Source: Octopus vulgaris (lineage: Eukaryota). Taken from it: DNA of 64,000 bases. The stretch covers positions 76,942,001 through 77,006,000 of the forward strand of contig OX597823.1 of the NCBI GenBank assembly GCA_951406725.2, in the 5' to 3' direction. The notes beneath the pieces were generated by a model, which did no database searches, was not told the DNA's origin, and saw only the letters and a list, made by a program, of their open reading frames with translations. Shown one piece after another: positions 51,606-64,000 of this stretch. Position numbers and translations under genes: made by a program. Position 1 is the first letter of the stretch. Every line of letters starts with the position of its first letter.

Positions 51606-53584
51606 CCATAAAAACCCATGTAATTTGCGCACCTGTGTAATTTATGCAGGTGATTTTCAGGATAAAAATTTTAAAAAGCTTCTACTTGTGTGAAATTCAC
51701 ACCCAAAAGTTTTCAGCATTGCTGATATGGCCAGAAGAAAAATGTTTTCAATTTAGTTGTATTTAGCATAATTTTACTTACTTATAATTAGATTTTATTA
51801 AATTTTCATTAAATAAAAAACAATTTCTGTTTAACAGGTCACATTGAACGCTATTAAATTACGAAGTGTTTGTGTTGTTTGTAATAAACTTTATTTTATA
51901 TTTCTTGCCCACAAGAGATTATATCCGATCTTTAGCATACTTCTGTGCTTTCTCAAATCACAATCCCAGGAAAAGCTGTTGATAATGCCTACCAGCAAAA
52001 ACAAAGCTGATAAATATGCACAGGTGCTGCAAAATAAGTTTAATTACCAATAAACAATCAGCTTTGATGACACTTTACTCAGCCGACAGAGGAAGGTGAC
52101 CAATCAAACTGATTATGTAAACAGAATTCTGATTGGTCGAAAGTGTCTTCTTGTCTCAAGCTCTGATTTTCTGCCAATTCTTGTCAGAACCTTTTATATG
52201 GAGTATCAAAATTTAATTCCTTTTACACTTTTAAAATGTCAAGCCAAGTCAAAAAGTTTTCATTGCGATTTTAGCCGGGAGACCAAACTGACAGTTTGGT
52301 AACCCACTAAAATAAACATTAAAAATCGAAAGGAGAAAATAAACAGCTTGGCAAATTCAACTCGGTGTTTATTGAACAAGAAAGGTGTGAAATTTAAGAA
52401 GCGACTTGTTAGAATATACATGTCTGTAGGGAGACATAAACAAGAATAGCAAAAATTTACTATACCAAAAGAACTGGTAATACATTCATTACAAGTGTTC
52501 TGTGAAGAGAACATAAGATTGCTGCATAATTCAACACAAATGTGAAACGACATTAAACATTGTATAAGGTAAATGAAGGTTTCTGTAGGAACGCTAAGTC
52601 ACTAAGTCATATTCACTTAGTGAGTTTACATGTGCAAGGATGAATTATGATGTTGTCAGCATTAGATGCAGTAAAATATGGCCCAGACAGTGATTACCAA
52701 CATCTCTCTTTTACTCTCTTTTACTTGTTTCAGTCATTTGACTGCGTCCATGCTGGAGCACCGCCTTTAGTCGAGCAAATCGACCCCGGGACTTATTCTT
52801 TGTAAGCCCAGTACTTATTCTATCGTCCTCTTTTGCCGAACCGCTAAGTGACGGGGACGTAAACACACCAGCATCGGTTGTGAAGCAATGCTAGGGGAAC
52901 AAACACAGACACACAAACACACACACATATATATATACATATAAGGCTTCTTTCAGTTTCCGTCTACCAAATCCACTCACAAGGCATTGGTCGGCCCGGG
53001 GCTATAGCAGAAGACACTTGCCCAAGATGCCACGCAGTGGGACTGAACCCGGAACCATGTGGTTGGTTAGCAAGCTACTTACCACACAACCACTCCTGCG
53101 CCTATGAACGTCTAACTTCAACATGAACGTCTAACTTCAAAAAGTAGTTAACCATTTAATGGTTTTAGTAAATTTATACAGAAAAAGTAAGCATTGTACA
53201 GCCAAGCATAAATAAAAGTCAACTTCATTATATTTTTTCTGTAGTAGCCTATTCTGAAATTAATTTAATCAACTTTCAGTACAAATTACGTCATTTATCA
53301 ACAAAAGAATTTCTAAAATAATTCTGGAAACGATCTACTCATGTAATTTATGAAACCCCGAAAGTTTACTTATGTTTTTGTGATGTTTATGGTGTTATGG
53401 GCTGTGATGAGCTATGTGGTGTTGGTGGAGAGGATTGCAGATGAGGTAGACGGAAGTGAAGACTGCAAGGGCCGGCAGAACAGCCACGGGGCATGCATGG
53501 GCCAGAAGCACGTGCTGGCAGTTCGATGAGAGACTACTTTTTTTGGCGAAAAATAAGTGCGTAAATTACATAGGTTTTTTATGG
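51606..53584. mobile_element. Non-autonomous Tc2/pogo-like DNA transposon, about 2 kb
   Basis: TIRs CCATAAAAACCCATGTAATTTGCGCAC and GTGCGTAAATTACATAGGTTTTTTATGG; TA on the left flank. Confidence 0.65.
52705..53104 (-). mobile_element. Young full-length SINE family A
   Basis: CpGs intact although it lies in the CpG-depleted domain. Confidence 0.92.
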
Positions 53585-54432
53585 TGTATATGCATATATA
53601 TATATATATGCACACACAATTATTGATAAATGTAGATATTGTAATTATAATTATATCATACTTTAGCTCGTCAACACCTGGCATAAAGCCACCTTCCTCA
53701 ACTTTGCACCCTCACTCCATCAGGGTATCTTGTCTTGAGAGTTCCTTGGTAACCTCACATTGAAGACCAATGCAGCCTTCTGGCTTGTCAGATCTTATCA
53801 AACTGTCCAACTCATGCCAGCATGGAACACAGACATTAAAGAGTCACGACCATAACAAGGATGATGATGACGATGAAGATGATAAGAAGGAGGACTACAT
53901 TTTCCTATTAGCGTTTCCGTATTTATACTTTTAAAGACGCCAAGATGTGATATGAGTGATGGCCAGCTGGTATTTCTTGCAGCTTGAGCATCTATGTAGT
54001 GGCTTCTCATATTGGCAATGTATAGATTCATATGCTTATATATTTGTATGTGTTGCAACAATATTATATATTTACTGATGGAGTTTGTCTAATTATATAT
54101 TTGTTCTTACATTATTTATAATTTATTGAATAAGAAGTTTGAGAGCCTACTAAGATTAATGATTTGTGTATTAATTCAATGTCTGAGTACATCTATACAT
54201 CTCTATACAAACATGGTAAATTTCTTAATTGGTGACAAATAACAATCAAAGTCTTTGAAACATAGTGCATTACGAATCATGTGATATGAGGTTAACTGTC
54301 TTAACTGTCTCATATATTATTCTAGTATTAATAGACTAGAAATTCTGATTAATGAAGCAATTGTTTAAACCTTTTCATATTAATCTACCTGAGAGAGTAT
54401 CTTTTGCTATTACAGACTGATTATTATCTTAA

Positions 54433-54651
54433 CCCTGTAGCGTTCAGATTATTCAATCAAACATAATGCCTATTGATTCCCATTGATTTGAATTAATCAT
54501 GCATTATCTCATATCCTCAAGAGCTTGATGGTGTAATTACTTGATGTAGAATAACATTGTAGTGTAGGTGTGAGAGCCTGGATCTGGTCAGTTTGAACAT
54601 AAAAGAGATTAACTATTTTGGCCGGATTTGGCCAGTTTAAATACTAAAGGG
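54433..54651. mobile_element. piggyBac-type MITE
   Basis: TTAA|CCCTGTAG...CTAAAGGG|TTAA. Confidence 0.75.
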
Positions 54652-54687
54652 TTAAAGTCTGTATATATATATATATATATATATATA

Positions 54688-55223
54688 CAGGGTGTCCCAA
54701 AAAAATGTATACACTTGCTGCAACAGTCTGTCATGCCAAGCATTAGAGAGGACTTTGAACAGGAAGAGTTTTATTTCCAGCAAGATGTGGCACCTCCACA
54801 CTACCATCGCGATGTTAGATCCTTTCTTGATGGGATCTTGCCAAACAGGTGGATTGGACAAAGAGGTTTTGTCGAATACCCTCCACGTTCACCAGACCTC
54901 ACACCACTAGACTTCTTTTTATGGGGATACCTAAAGGACAAAGTCTACGCACAGAAACCTGCAACAGTCGTTCAATTGAGGGCAACCATTGAACATGAAT
55001 GTACGAATATCCCAAGGGAATTGTTCCATGATGTGTGCCATTCCATCGCTTCACGTTATCAGCAGTGTCTGGAGCAGAATGGACATCAGTTTGAGAACAT
55101 GCGATAACAAGACAATAGAATGATATTTGTAAATTCTTTTACATGTTGAAAATTATTCAAATTATAATAAACCCCAAATTTACAATTATTTAAGGTGTGT
55201 ATACATTTTTTTGGGACACCCTG
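54688..55223 (+). mobile_element. Internally deleted DD41D (rosa-type) Tc1/mariner element
   Basis: Perfect 27-bp TIRs CAGGGTGTCCCAAAAAAATGTATACAC, TA flanks; C-terminal transposase FQQD-x41-DFFLWGYLK. Confidence 0.9.
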
Positions 55224-55228
55224 TATAT

Positions 55229-55323
<95 letters not shown>

Positions 55324-55489
55324 TAGATACATATATATATTCATATTTAAAATTATAATCTTCCATCATAATTTCACATTAGGGCTTTGTTATTTAGTTC
55401 CAGGCACCAAATTTATTAAGAAAAAACCGGTTAGTTTGCTCAATACTTCTAAATGCATAAATATTTTTCACAATTAAGAACCTGAGATT

Positions 55490-56130
55490 CTCAGCAGGGC
55501 CATGAAAGATCCATGCTAGGAATATTATTGTGAGAGAATATCCAAAATGCAGTAATTCAAGAATGGAACTGAGTGAATGACATAATTGCAGAGTATCAAA
55601 AGCACAAGTTTTGCTGGGCTGGACATGTCACAGGGTTCACACTAGGTTTACACACAACAGGTTGACCTCTGCAGTTGCTGAATGGCATCCAAGAAATCAG
55701 GTAAAAAGCCACTATGATGATGGGAATCATCATTATCATCATCGTTTAATGTCCACTTTCCATACTAGCATGGGATGGACGATTTTGACTGAGGGCTGGC
55801 AAACCAGATGGCTGCACCAGGCTCCAATCTTGATCTGACAGTTTCTACAGCTGAATGCCCTTCCTAACGCCAACCACTCCGAGAGTGTAATGGGTGCTTT
55901 TTTACGTGCCACCGGCACTGGGCCAGTCAGGTAGTATTGGCAATGACCTCGCTCGAATCTTTTTACATATGCCACCGGCACAGGTGCCAGTAAGACGACG
56001 TTGGTGATTTAGAAAAACAGTTTGGGCCAATAAGGAAAACAGTGGTGGAATCAAGAAAGAATTGGAAGCGCATTGTGATTAGTGGTGTAAAACAACATTT
56101 GATAATCAAGTCAATACAGGTGATACAGGA
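55490..56130 (+). pseudogene. RTE-type LINE 3' fragment, interrupted at 55728-56000 by the 3' UTR of the other RTE family
   Basis: QRAMKDPC/SMLGILL...VNDIIAEYQKHKFCWAGHV...AVAEWHPRN; the insert matches 41578-41830. Confidence 0.7.
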
Positions 56131-58504
56131 AATAAAAAGAGGTGTTGTAAATTTCATTAGAAATAGCAACAAATTAAGTACTTCTAACTTTTTCTTCACT
56201 CACTTCTTTGTGTCACAAGTCTACTTCACAGCATCTGATTTTTAACTGTTTCTGAAATAACAGCTGTAATATGAATAATGTCTTCACAGCCGCAGTCATG
56301 CCTTTCTTAGAAGTAAAATAGAAAGCTGAGATATTCTGAGACATTCTGAAAATATATTACTGAATCTAAAAAATGTCTTACTGATGGAGTGGAAACTGGT
56401 TTCAATAGAAATTCAAAATTAGATCCTCAACCTCGTATATTCAGTGTATAGTCAGCACCAGAGAGAGGTATAAATAGATATTGATTTTTTTTTTTGTGTG
56501 TAGGCATTGGTACTGCATTTAGAAGGAACAGGATAGGAAATGAGAGTCTGTGACATCTTTTCTCGAAACCTTTTAGGGTGTAAATAAAGGAAAAAATGAC
56601 TATAGTTAGTCTGAAATGAAAATGTGGTCAACTTGATTTATGGGCAGAGAAAGAATGTAATAGCATTGAGTCACTTTAGCAGATATAGAAATAGGATTGG
56701 TTAATTTCAAAAACGAGTTGCAACAGAGAAAAAGATGATCTACAATTTCACAATAAACTGTTTTTCCCTATAAGGAAATAATGTATATCTATTAGCAATT
56801 GTCCCTCTTCAATCAAAACTTGCGTGTCTATTAGCAATTGTTCCTCATCAATCTTGATTTGTAAATCCTTTATTTAAGGGTTTTACCATATTCAGCAATA
56901 TTTATTTTCAGCCAACAAAGTGATCTGTTATGCATTTACTTGACCTGGTAAGAATAGTAGCTAATTCCCTTTCAGATTACACCTGACTGTCTTGAGTTGT
57001 GAAGACAACATTAAATAATGTTAAATAATTCTGTTCTAAATACACTATGTCTGAAATTAATAACAGGATTATCAAGGCTGGAATATCTTTGATCATATAT
57101 TTGATCAGTCTGGAGTAGCTTGGGGGCTAACCAACAACAATAATAACAATCGTTTTGAAAGGATGATAGGTTTAATTGAACAAACAGACAATGATGTTCA
57201 GGAGATTTTAAATAAATTCCTGAACTCGTTAACTGCTCTCACCCCTCTAATATTAATCACCTTCCATATAATATTAATTATCTTCTAAATAATTTGGGCT
57301 TTTGCTCATCTTCTAGATTTTGTAGTTTGAAGTGGGTGAGAAATACACTTCCTCCTGGATATGAAGTTAGTCTTTTGTAGAGAACTTTACACAAAGAAAG
57401 AATTAGACTCTTTATAGTAAATCTATCAGTTCTTTATTAGTACAGTCACTCCTAACAGTTAGAAATACCAATTCATTGTGAGTGCAAATTCTAGGCTTTA
57501 GAAATAATACAGTGTAACATATAGGCATACATACTGACATGTTTCGAACTAGTTCTGTCAGTTCAGCTCTCTTTGTCATTATTATTATTTAGCCCTGATA
57601 AAAACAGAGCAGTGACCAAAGGCATTCCAGCTGTGAGATGCTATTAGCATCTTTTTACATATCAAAGACTAAATACATTTCCCAAAGTATCCTTATTTAT
57701 TTTAACAGTAGGGTATGTATTGCAGGTGGCTTGGCAATTAATTCTAGCAGGATGAACACTTGCATAATGGTTCCCTCTTTGGTTCTTTCAGCTATCGTTA
57801 TCTCTGTATGGCGTAATCCTCTGTTCTAAATAAGGATTTTAATTTGAGAGCACTAAATCAGAATTAATGTCAAAGTCTCCTAAAAGTTTGGAAAGTTCAA
57901 GATTTTATCATTTTATTTTATTTTATTCCTTTAATTTATTCTATAGCACATGTCATTGAAGAATTTGCAAAAGGAACTAAAAATAAAATATAAAAAATCG
58001 AGCAGGTATAAAAAAAAAATCAGAACTCACAACATGTGCAAGAAAATTGATTGAGTTATATCGGTTCTCATAGCAACAAAATGTCATCTAGGATACCTAT
58101 TAGAATCTATTTTCTGGCCATTTCGTTTATATCATCCTTATCAATTTATTCAATTGCACTGGCAGCAGAAACACCTAGTCAAAACCTTTAACCACTAAGA
58201 CATGCCCTCATCCATAAATTTCTAGTCTAAATGCTGACATATCCAATATATTTCTGTCATCATACACACTACAGAAGCTACACGGCATATACTGCGTTTT
58301 TCTCACAATAGATTTAATATCTAAAGTTAGGGCAACTGCAGCAATGTCTGTTATGAAAGGAGAAAGGAAAAATCAGGATTCAAGCCATGATATTTGACAA
58401 TTGTGAAAGATGAATTCTGAGTTGAATTCTGCAACCTAGCATTTGGATGAGCATCTTGAACAGAATATTGAGTGAAATCAAGTTGAAAGAAAATGCAGAA
58501 ATAC

Positions 58505-58547
<43 letters not shown>

Positions 58548-58782
58548 CGTGTGTGTGTGTGTGTGTTTTGTTATATGTATGTATTCTCATGCATATAGTT
58601 GCATAGCTAGACATGCTCATATATATCTAAATGACAATTTTTTTATGTTTGTATGTACACACACACATACGCATGCATACATATATACATACTTACATAC
58701 ATACATACTTACATACATACATACATACATAAATGTATGTGTGCATATACACACATATATATAATAGAGAGATAGATATATT

Positions 58783-58834
<52 letters not shown>

Positions 58835-59109
58835 CATAGATAGGTAGATACATAGATAGACAGACAGATAGATAGATACCTGCAGTTTTCTAGATTTTGT
58901 TAAACTATCCAGATATAAAGCATGTAAGACATGATCCATGTAGCAATTCTGTTTTTTAAATAATTATGAATAATTTGAGCAATATTTAGCTTCTCTTTTG
59001 CAGTAGATTACACATTGTTGTAACTGTTATTGTTGCATTACCCCAGGTCATTTCTGATTCATCTTGATCAAACCTATGATCAAATGTATTCCAATCATAT
59101 ATCCATATA

Positions 59110-59790
59110 TCCAAATTAGGTGTTGAAAAAACGTCAGCAAGCTCATGGTTTGGGTCCGACACCAATTGAATGTGGTGAACAGGGCCAACGAATGTCCATC
59201 TGAAATTTGTTGCAGCTGTGTGGGAAAAAAACCAATCGCATTTTTGAGTAAATGATGATGGGATGAAAAGTTCGTCTATATCATTGTGAAACCCAAATGA
59301 TCATGAGGAAAGTGTGGCAAACTACCACAAATAATCTCCAAACCTCTGCTTCCAGTTGGATGTGGTTAGGAAGGTGTTTTCTTTTCTGAGCCTCTTCTCA
59401 CAAACAGAATCATCAATTTGGATGTATCCTGTGACCAGCTGGACAAATCAAACATATCAATCTACCAAAAGCATCCAGCACTTGCTAATCATAAGGGAAT
59501 TGTCTTTCATCATGAAAATACCAGACTAGACATTTTTTTGCAGACAGGGCAAAAATTACTGGAGATTAGTTGGGAGGTTTTGGCACACCCTTCATATTCA
59601 TCTGATCATACACCTTCAAATTTTCACCTGTTTTGGTCTCTTCAAAATTCAATGAGTGGACAAACCTTCAACTCTGAAAAGGATGTAAATGTTTACCTGG
59701 AAGAGATTTTCACAAGTAAAGACAAGAAATTCTTTGAGCAGGGAAATAATGCATCTGCCCGATAAGGAGACAGAATATATTGAAACTAAA
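59110..59790 (+). pseudogene. Decayed mariner transposase C-terminus
   Basis: IVFHHENTR...WEVLAHPSYSSDHTPSNFHLFWSLQN (HDNARPH and YSPDLAPSD equivalents). Confidence 0.85.
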
Positions 59791-60129
59791 TCATTTTTTG
59801 TTTAAAACTTGTATCTTATTTTCCACCCAGTAATTACAGAACTAAAACTACAGCCATCACATGCCAAAGTGCATGACATGTAGCACAAGCTATTATTTCT
59901 CCTGAGCTTTAGAATTTAACCCAGCTTCTATGGTATATAACAGACTGAGATTACAAAACTTCCCCAGAATGGGAGGTCAGTCTCTCATAGGGTTTACTTT
60001 CTTGAACAGGACACTTACCCATCACAGATTTTAAGAGCAGCAATTTTTGAGAGGAGAGTACAAGCTGATTACATCAACCCAGGTACTTCATTGATGTTTT
60101 AGTACCAGTCAAATGTGAGACCTCATCAG

Positions 60130-60480
60130 CTCTACAGCGAAGTGATTCCTTTGTTGAAAACTAAAAATGTCCTGTGTAGATAAAGGAATATATGTCAAAG
60201 CCATTAGACGAACAGAAACCGACAGGAAAACTACTAAACAACATAAAGAGACAAACCACTAACTTCATTAGACATGATATGAGAAGACAAAGTCTTGATC
60301 ACTTAATGACATTTGGAAAATTGAAAAAAAGAATTTGAGGAAGAGAGGGAAAGAGAAGAAACTCAATGATCTGATTATCTTGCTACAGAAAGACCAAACA
60401 AATTATTTGCTAATTTGTGGGCCGAACATACAAGGTAGAAATTTATATTTATCAACACCTACAAGAATGGGACATAAAGA
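60130..60480 (+). pseudogene. Decayed RTE-type ORF C-terminus
   Basis: KLLNNIKRQTTNFIRHDMRRQSLDHLMTFGKL resembles the RQL-F-GH-MRR--LE----GK pattern. Confidence 0.55.
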
Positions 60481-60805
60481 AGAAAATCAGTACATATGTA
60501 TACCTTTGCAGCAAAGAGCAACATGTTTGGCCCACAAAGTTTTAAATCAATTTTAATGCTTGTTATATATATTCAAAGAGATGCAGCACGAAGCTTTGTC
60601 AGTGAACAGTTTGCGGTCTCAAAGTGACAAAAATATTTTGACAAATTAAATTTAAATGTTGAAGGGAATCTAATGGTTTAGTGTGTTTCTTAAATGGCTT
60701 ATAAACACCTTCCATACTGAAATTTTTTTCGTTCCAGCACACGATCTCAGATCAAGTCACTCGCTATGCAAGTACATCTCCATAATATATATATATATAT
60801 ATATA

Positions 60806-61322
60806 CTAGCAGTATCGCCCGGCGTTGCTCGGGTTTGTAAGGGAAATAACTATATAAGCATTTTTAGAGAGTTACTTCCTTTATAGATGCCAATTCAGGC
60901 TTTCTTAGCCATTTCTGTTTTGGTGTCTTCAAGCCATGAAGTCATTGTTCTAAAAGAACGCTGGTCTCCTTGACAACGCATTACGACGTTGATTTCCTTA
61001 AACTCCCTTCTCCACAGCTTCACGAGGGAGGGAAGAAGGGGGAGAAGCAAACACAGGTGCAGGTGTTTGAGCGTGGACGCCAACTCCGCCGCCATTGACA
61101 CACGAAAAATTATGCATTAAAATGGAATAAAAAATGATGTTAAATTATTTTTAAAATCGTAGACTCATCGTAGACGCACACTAATAGCAAGACGGGCTCG
61201 ATATTAATCACGACTATAAGATACCCGAATTTGGTTAAACTGCACCGCAAAATGTGGGAGGAGTTAGGAATCTAAATCGTAGGAGACAGACACTCACACA
61301 ACTACAGTTTTATATATATAGA
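60806..61322 (-). mobile_element. Non-autonomous Helitron
   Basis: Minus strand A|TCTATATATATAAAACTG...ACAAACCCGAGCAACGCCGGGCGATACTGCTAG|T; CpGs intact. Confidence 0.9.
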
Positions 61323-61957
61323 TATGTCATCTCCTTACAAAGGTAATGACAGAAGACTGAGATAGTATATGGTAGATTGTTGTACTCAAGAAAACCTACC
61401 TACTAGAACAGAATGGTGATCCTAAAACAAAATGCCACATGATGAGTAGTGGTGTTGGTGTCTATGGTTTTTAAGCAGAAGAGAGATCATGTTCTTGGGT
61501 GTACCAAAATAGCAAAAAAGGAAGAGAGTGCCAAAACACTGGAATATATAGGTGTCAGCTGTCACACCATCTGGTGGCCCATCTCATAAAAAGGGATGTA
61601 ATTCCACTATCTTCACTTTCTGGTGGTGCTTGCCAGCAAAGGGATGTAATTAAGTTACCTTCACAATGCTACAGTGTCATGTTAAAAACACTTGTGATGG
61701 TACCATGCAAAAAGTACCCAGCACACTCTGTAGAGTAATTGGTGTTAAGAAGTGCATCCAGCCTTAGAAACCAAGTCAAAACAAACTGTGGCCATGCCAG
61801 TTCTTGTCAATCCATCAGCATGGAAACCAGATGTTAAATGTTTATGATGATGTCTAGCTGGACCCATGAAAAATTCATGGAAAATATAAAAAATGTAAGC
61901 ATCTGTAAGTTGTGTGCTGGTGCCATGAGAAATGTTTCTATATTGTGACTGTTAAAG

Positions 61958-62310
61958 ACAGGGAGCTGGCAGAAACGTTAGCATGCCGGGCGAAATGCGA
62001 GGTCGACTTTGCCTTTCATCCTTTCGGGGTCAATAAATTAAGTGCCAGTTACGCACTGGGGTCGATATAATCGACTTAATCCGTTTGTTTGTCCTTGTTT
62101 GTCCCCTCTGTATTTAGTCCCTTGTGGGTAGTAAAGAAATAGGTATTTCGTCTGTCTTTATATTCTGAGTTCAAATTCCGCCAGTGTCGAATATGCCTTT
62201 CATCCTTTTGGGGTCGATAAATTAAGTACCAGTTGCATACTAGGAGCGATCTAATTGACTGACCCTCACCCCTACAAAATTTCAGAACTTGTGCCTTGGT
62301 TAGAAAATAT
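61958..62310 (+). mobile_element. Dimer of SINE family B
   Basis: Two cores; junction GAAATA|GGTATTTCG at 62142. Confidence 0.88.
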
Positions 62311-62439
62311 ATTGTGACAGAGAATATAGAAAGAAGGGTAAAACTGATGACAATATAATCCAACCAAAATATCTGTTACACAAACGTAAATAGAATTACT
62401 ATTTAACCCTCTTTGTTTAGTAGCACGGAATGTTTTTCT

Positions 62440-62665
62440 TGTATTCTTTTACTTGTTTCAGTTATTTTACTGTGACCATGCTGGAGCACCACCATTTAGT
62501 CAAAGAAATTAACCCTTGGACATATTCCCTGTAAGCCTGGTGTTTATTCTATCAGTCTCTTCTGTTGAACAGCCAAGTTACAGGGATGCAAACACACCGA
62601 CATCAGTTGTCAAGCAATGGTGATGTAGGGACAAACACAGACACGTTCATATATGTGTGTGTGTG
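62440..62665 (-). mobile_element. Old SINE family A 3' half
   Basis: TTTTACTTGTTTCAGT...CCATGCTGGAGCACCACC. Confidence 0.75.
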
Positions 62666-64000
62666 TCTTTTAGTTTTTGTTTGCTTATACACATCAACAA
62701 ATAAGCCAACTGAACAACTCTGTGTGGTTGTTCAATTTGCTAGAAATAACAGTCAGATCACTCTTATACTATGTTAGTATTAAGGAAAGAGAAAAACTAG
62801 AATTAATATTATTCCTTTTGTTCGGCACTATGAATTTAATCTATTGTATCTATTACTTGATACAAGAAAAAAGAAATTGGAAAAATCCTGACCAAAACAG
62901 AGAAATTGTAACACAAAAAATATTTAGAATGAGAAAGAAAAGCCAGATGTCTTTTAGTTTAGGTGTAATTTTATAGTTAAAACAAATTAAAAATTTAAAT
63001 TTTGGTACATGAGACTTAACATGTTATCTGGTGTATGGCCAAATTCAAATGGGTAAAAGACCTAAAACAAATGTGTGTGTGTTGTGTGTATGCATGTGTG
63101 TGTGGTGTGTGAGTGTGTGTGTGTGGTTAGGCTTTTAATAGACGGGTCAATTTCACTTCAGTTGTAGAAAGGAATTCAAAGGAATTCAGCCACTCTCTCT
63201 TTCTCACTTTCTCTCTCCCTTGCATCAACTTTAAGTATCTTAATTTTCCTATTAAGATTATTACTGCTTCAGTGCACCAGTAAGCATGGGTGTTGAGAAG
63301 CAGTAATACAACACATAGGTGGTGGTTTCAAATCTCTTCTAAAAATTACAAGAGATCTAGTTAAAAAATTTTATTGAAACAACAAAATTTCTTTCTCTTA
63401 AGCATGACACATGCATCAGGTAAGTACAAATAACCAATTGGTTTGTTAGTATTATTGATGAAGCTGATGATACTCACATGCATATATAACATAATGTGAT
63501 ATTATATATATATATACAAGCAAAATGCTCCCCACCCACTGTCCAATGGACAGTGCTGAGTTGTCAAACATTTAAACCAAATTTTCTCAAAACAACTTGT
63601 CCGACCGTCCCATTGGTCTCCCCTTTGAGCAACACTGATTTAACCTAAATTTGAGGTACCAGCAAAAGAAGAAATAACGATAGACTTTTTTTCTATTCCA
63701 AAGAAAAACGATTTTATTCACACAAATATGCAACTGAAGAGTTTAAAGTACCAGTAATGATAAGGCTGTTGACTGGGAGAACACAAACATGGTTTAAACA
63801 GTAAGCTTGGCAGGAAAGAAACATGCCTTTAAGCAGTACAAAAACAGCAAAAATTGGAAAGTGTAGTTATGTACAGGTTGACGGAAGAAAAGCAGGACAA
63901 AAACGGCTTTATCAATCGCATTCTCACCTGGAATCGATTTTTGTAATTTTTTCAAGACTTATACACGCCCTGATACCGTCGGTATCTACATATCAAATTT

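Noticed and set aside
56204-56345. Minus-strand exon bounded by ttttcag and gtgagt
   Set aside because: Stops in all three frames; nothing supports it as coding.

Overview
AT-rich eukaryotic DNA, dense in microsatellites and transposon fossils. The tRNA-derived SINE families, RTE LINE tails, Penelope-like element (PLE) ends and (TA)n/(TATG)n/(CA)n load point to an octopus genome (inference from repeat content only). I can support no intact host protein-coding gene. Most of the ORF track is microsatellite translation or SINE read-through. The recognisable coding sequence is all decayed transposon: three mariner remnants, a DD41D Tc1/mariner deletion derivative, a hAT transposase, RTE, R4-like and PLE reverse transcriptases. 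There are also non-autonomous Helitrons, a HINE and several MITEs, often nested. The best candidate for an undescribed system is a TSD-flanked palindromic element (7049-8543, with a collapsed second copy at 11845-11935) made of two head-to-head tRNA-like Pol III heads, each running into a PLE-type hammerhead-like motif. Also notable: further hammerhead-like motifs in PLE ends, a sharp CpG-depleted domain (about 33.7-63.9 kb) suggesting a methylated gene body with unresolved exons, a multi-hairpin RNA candidate at 36.1-36.3 kb, and a PHD-type finger inside an RTE reverse transcriptase. All alignments, foldings and counts were done by eye, and boundaries of decayed elements are approximate.
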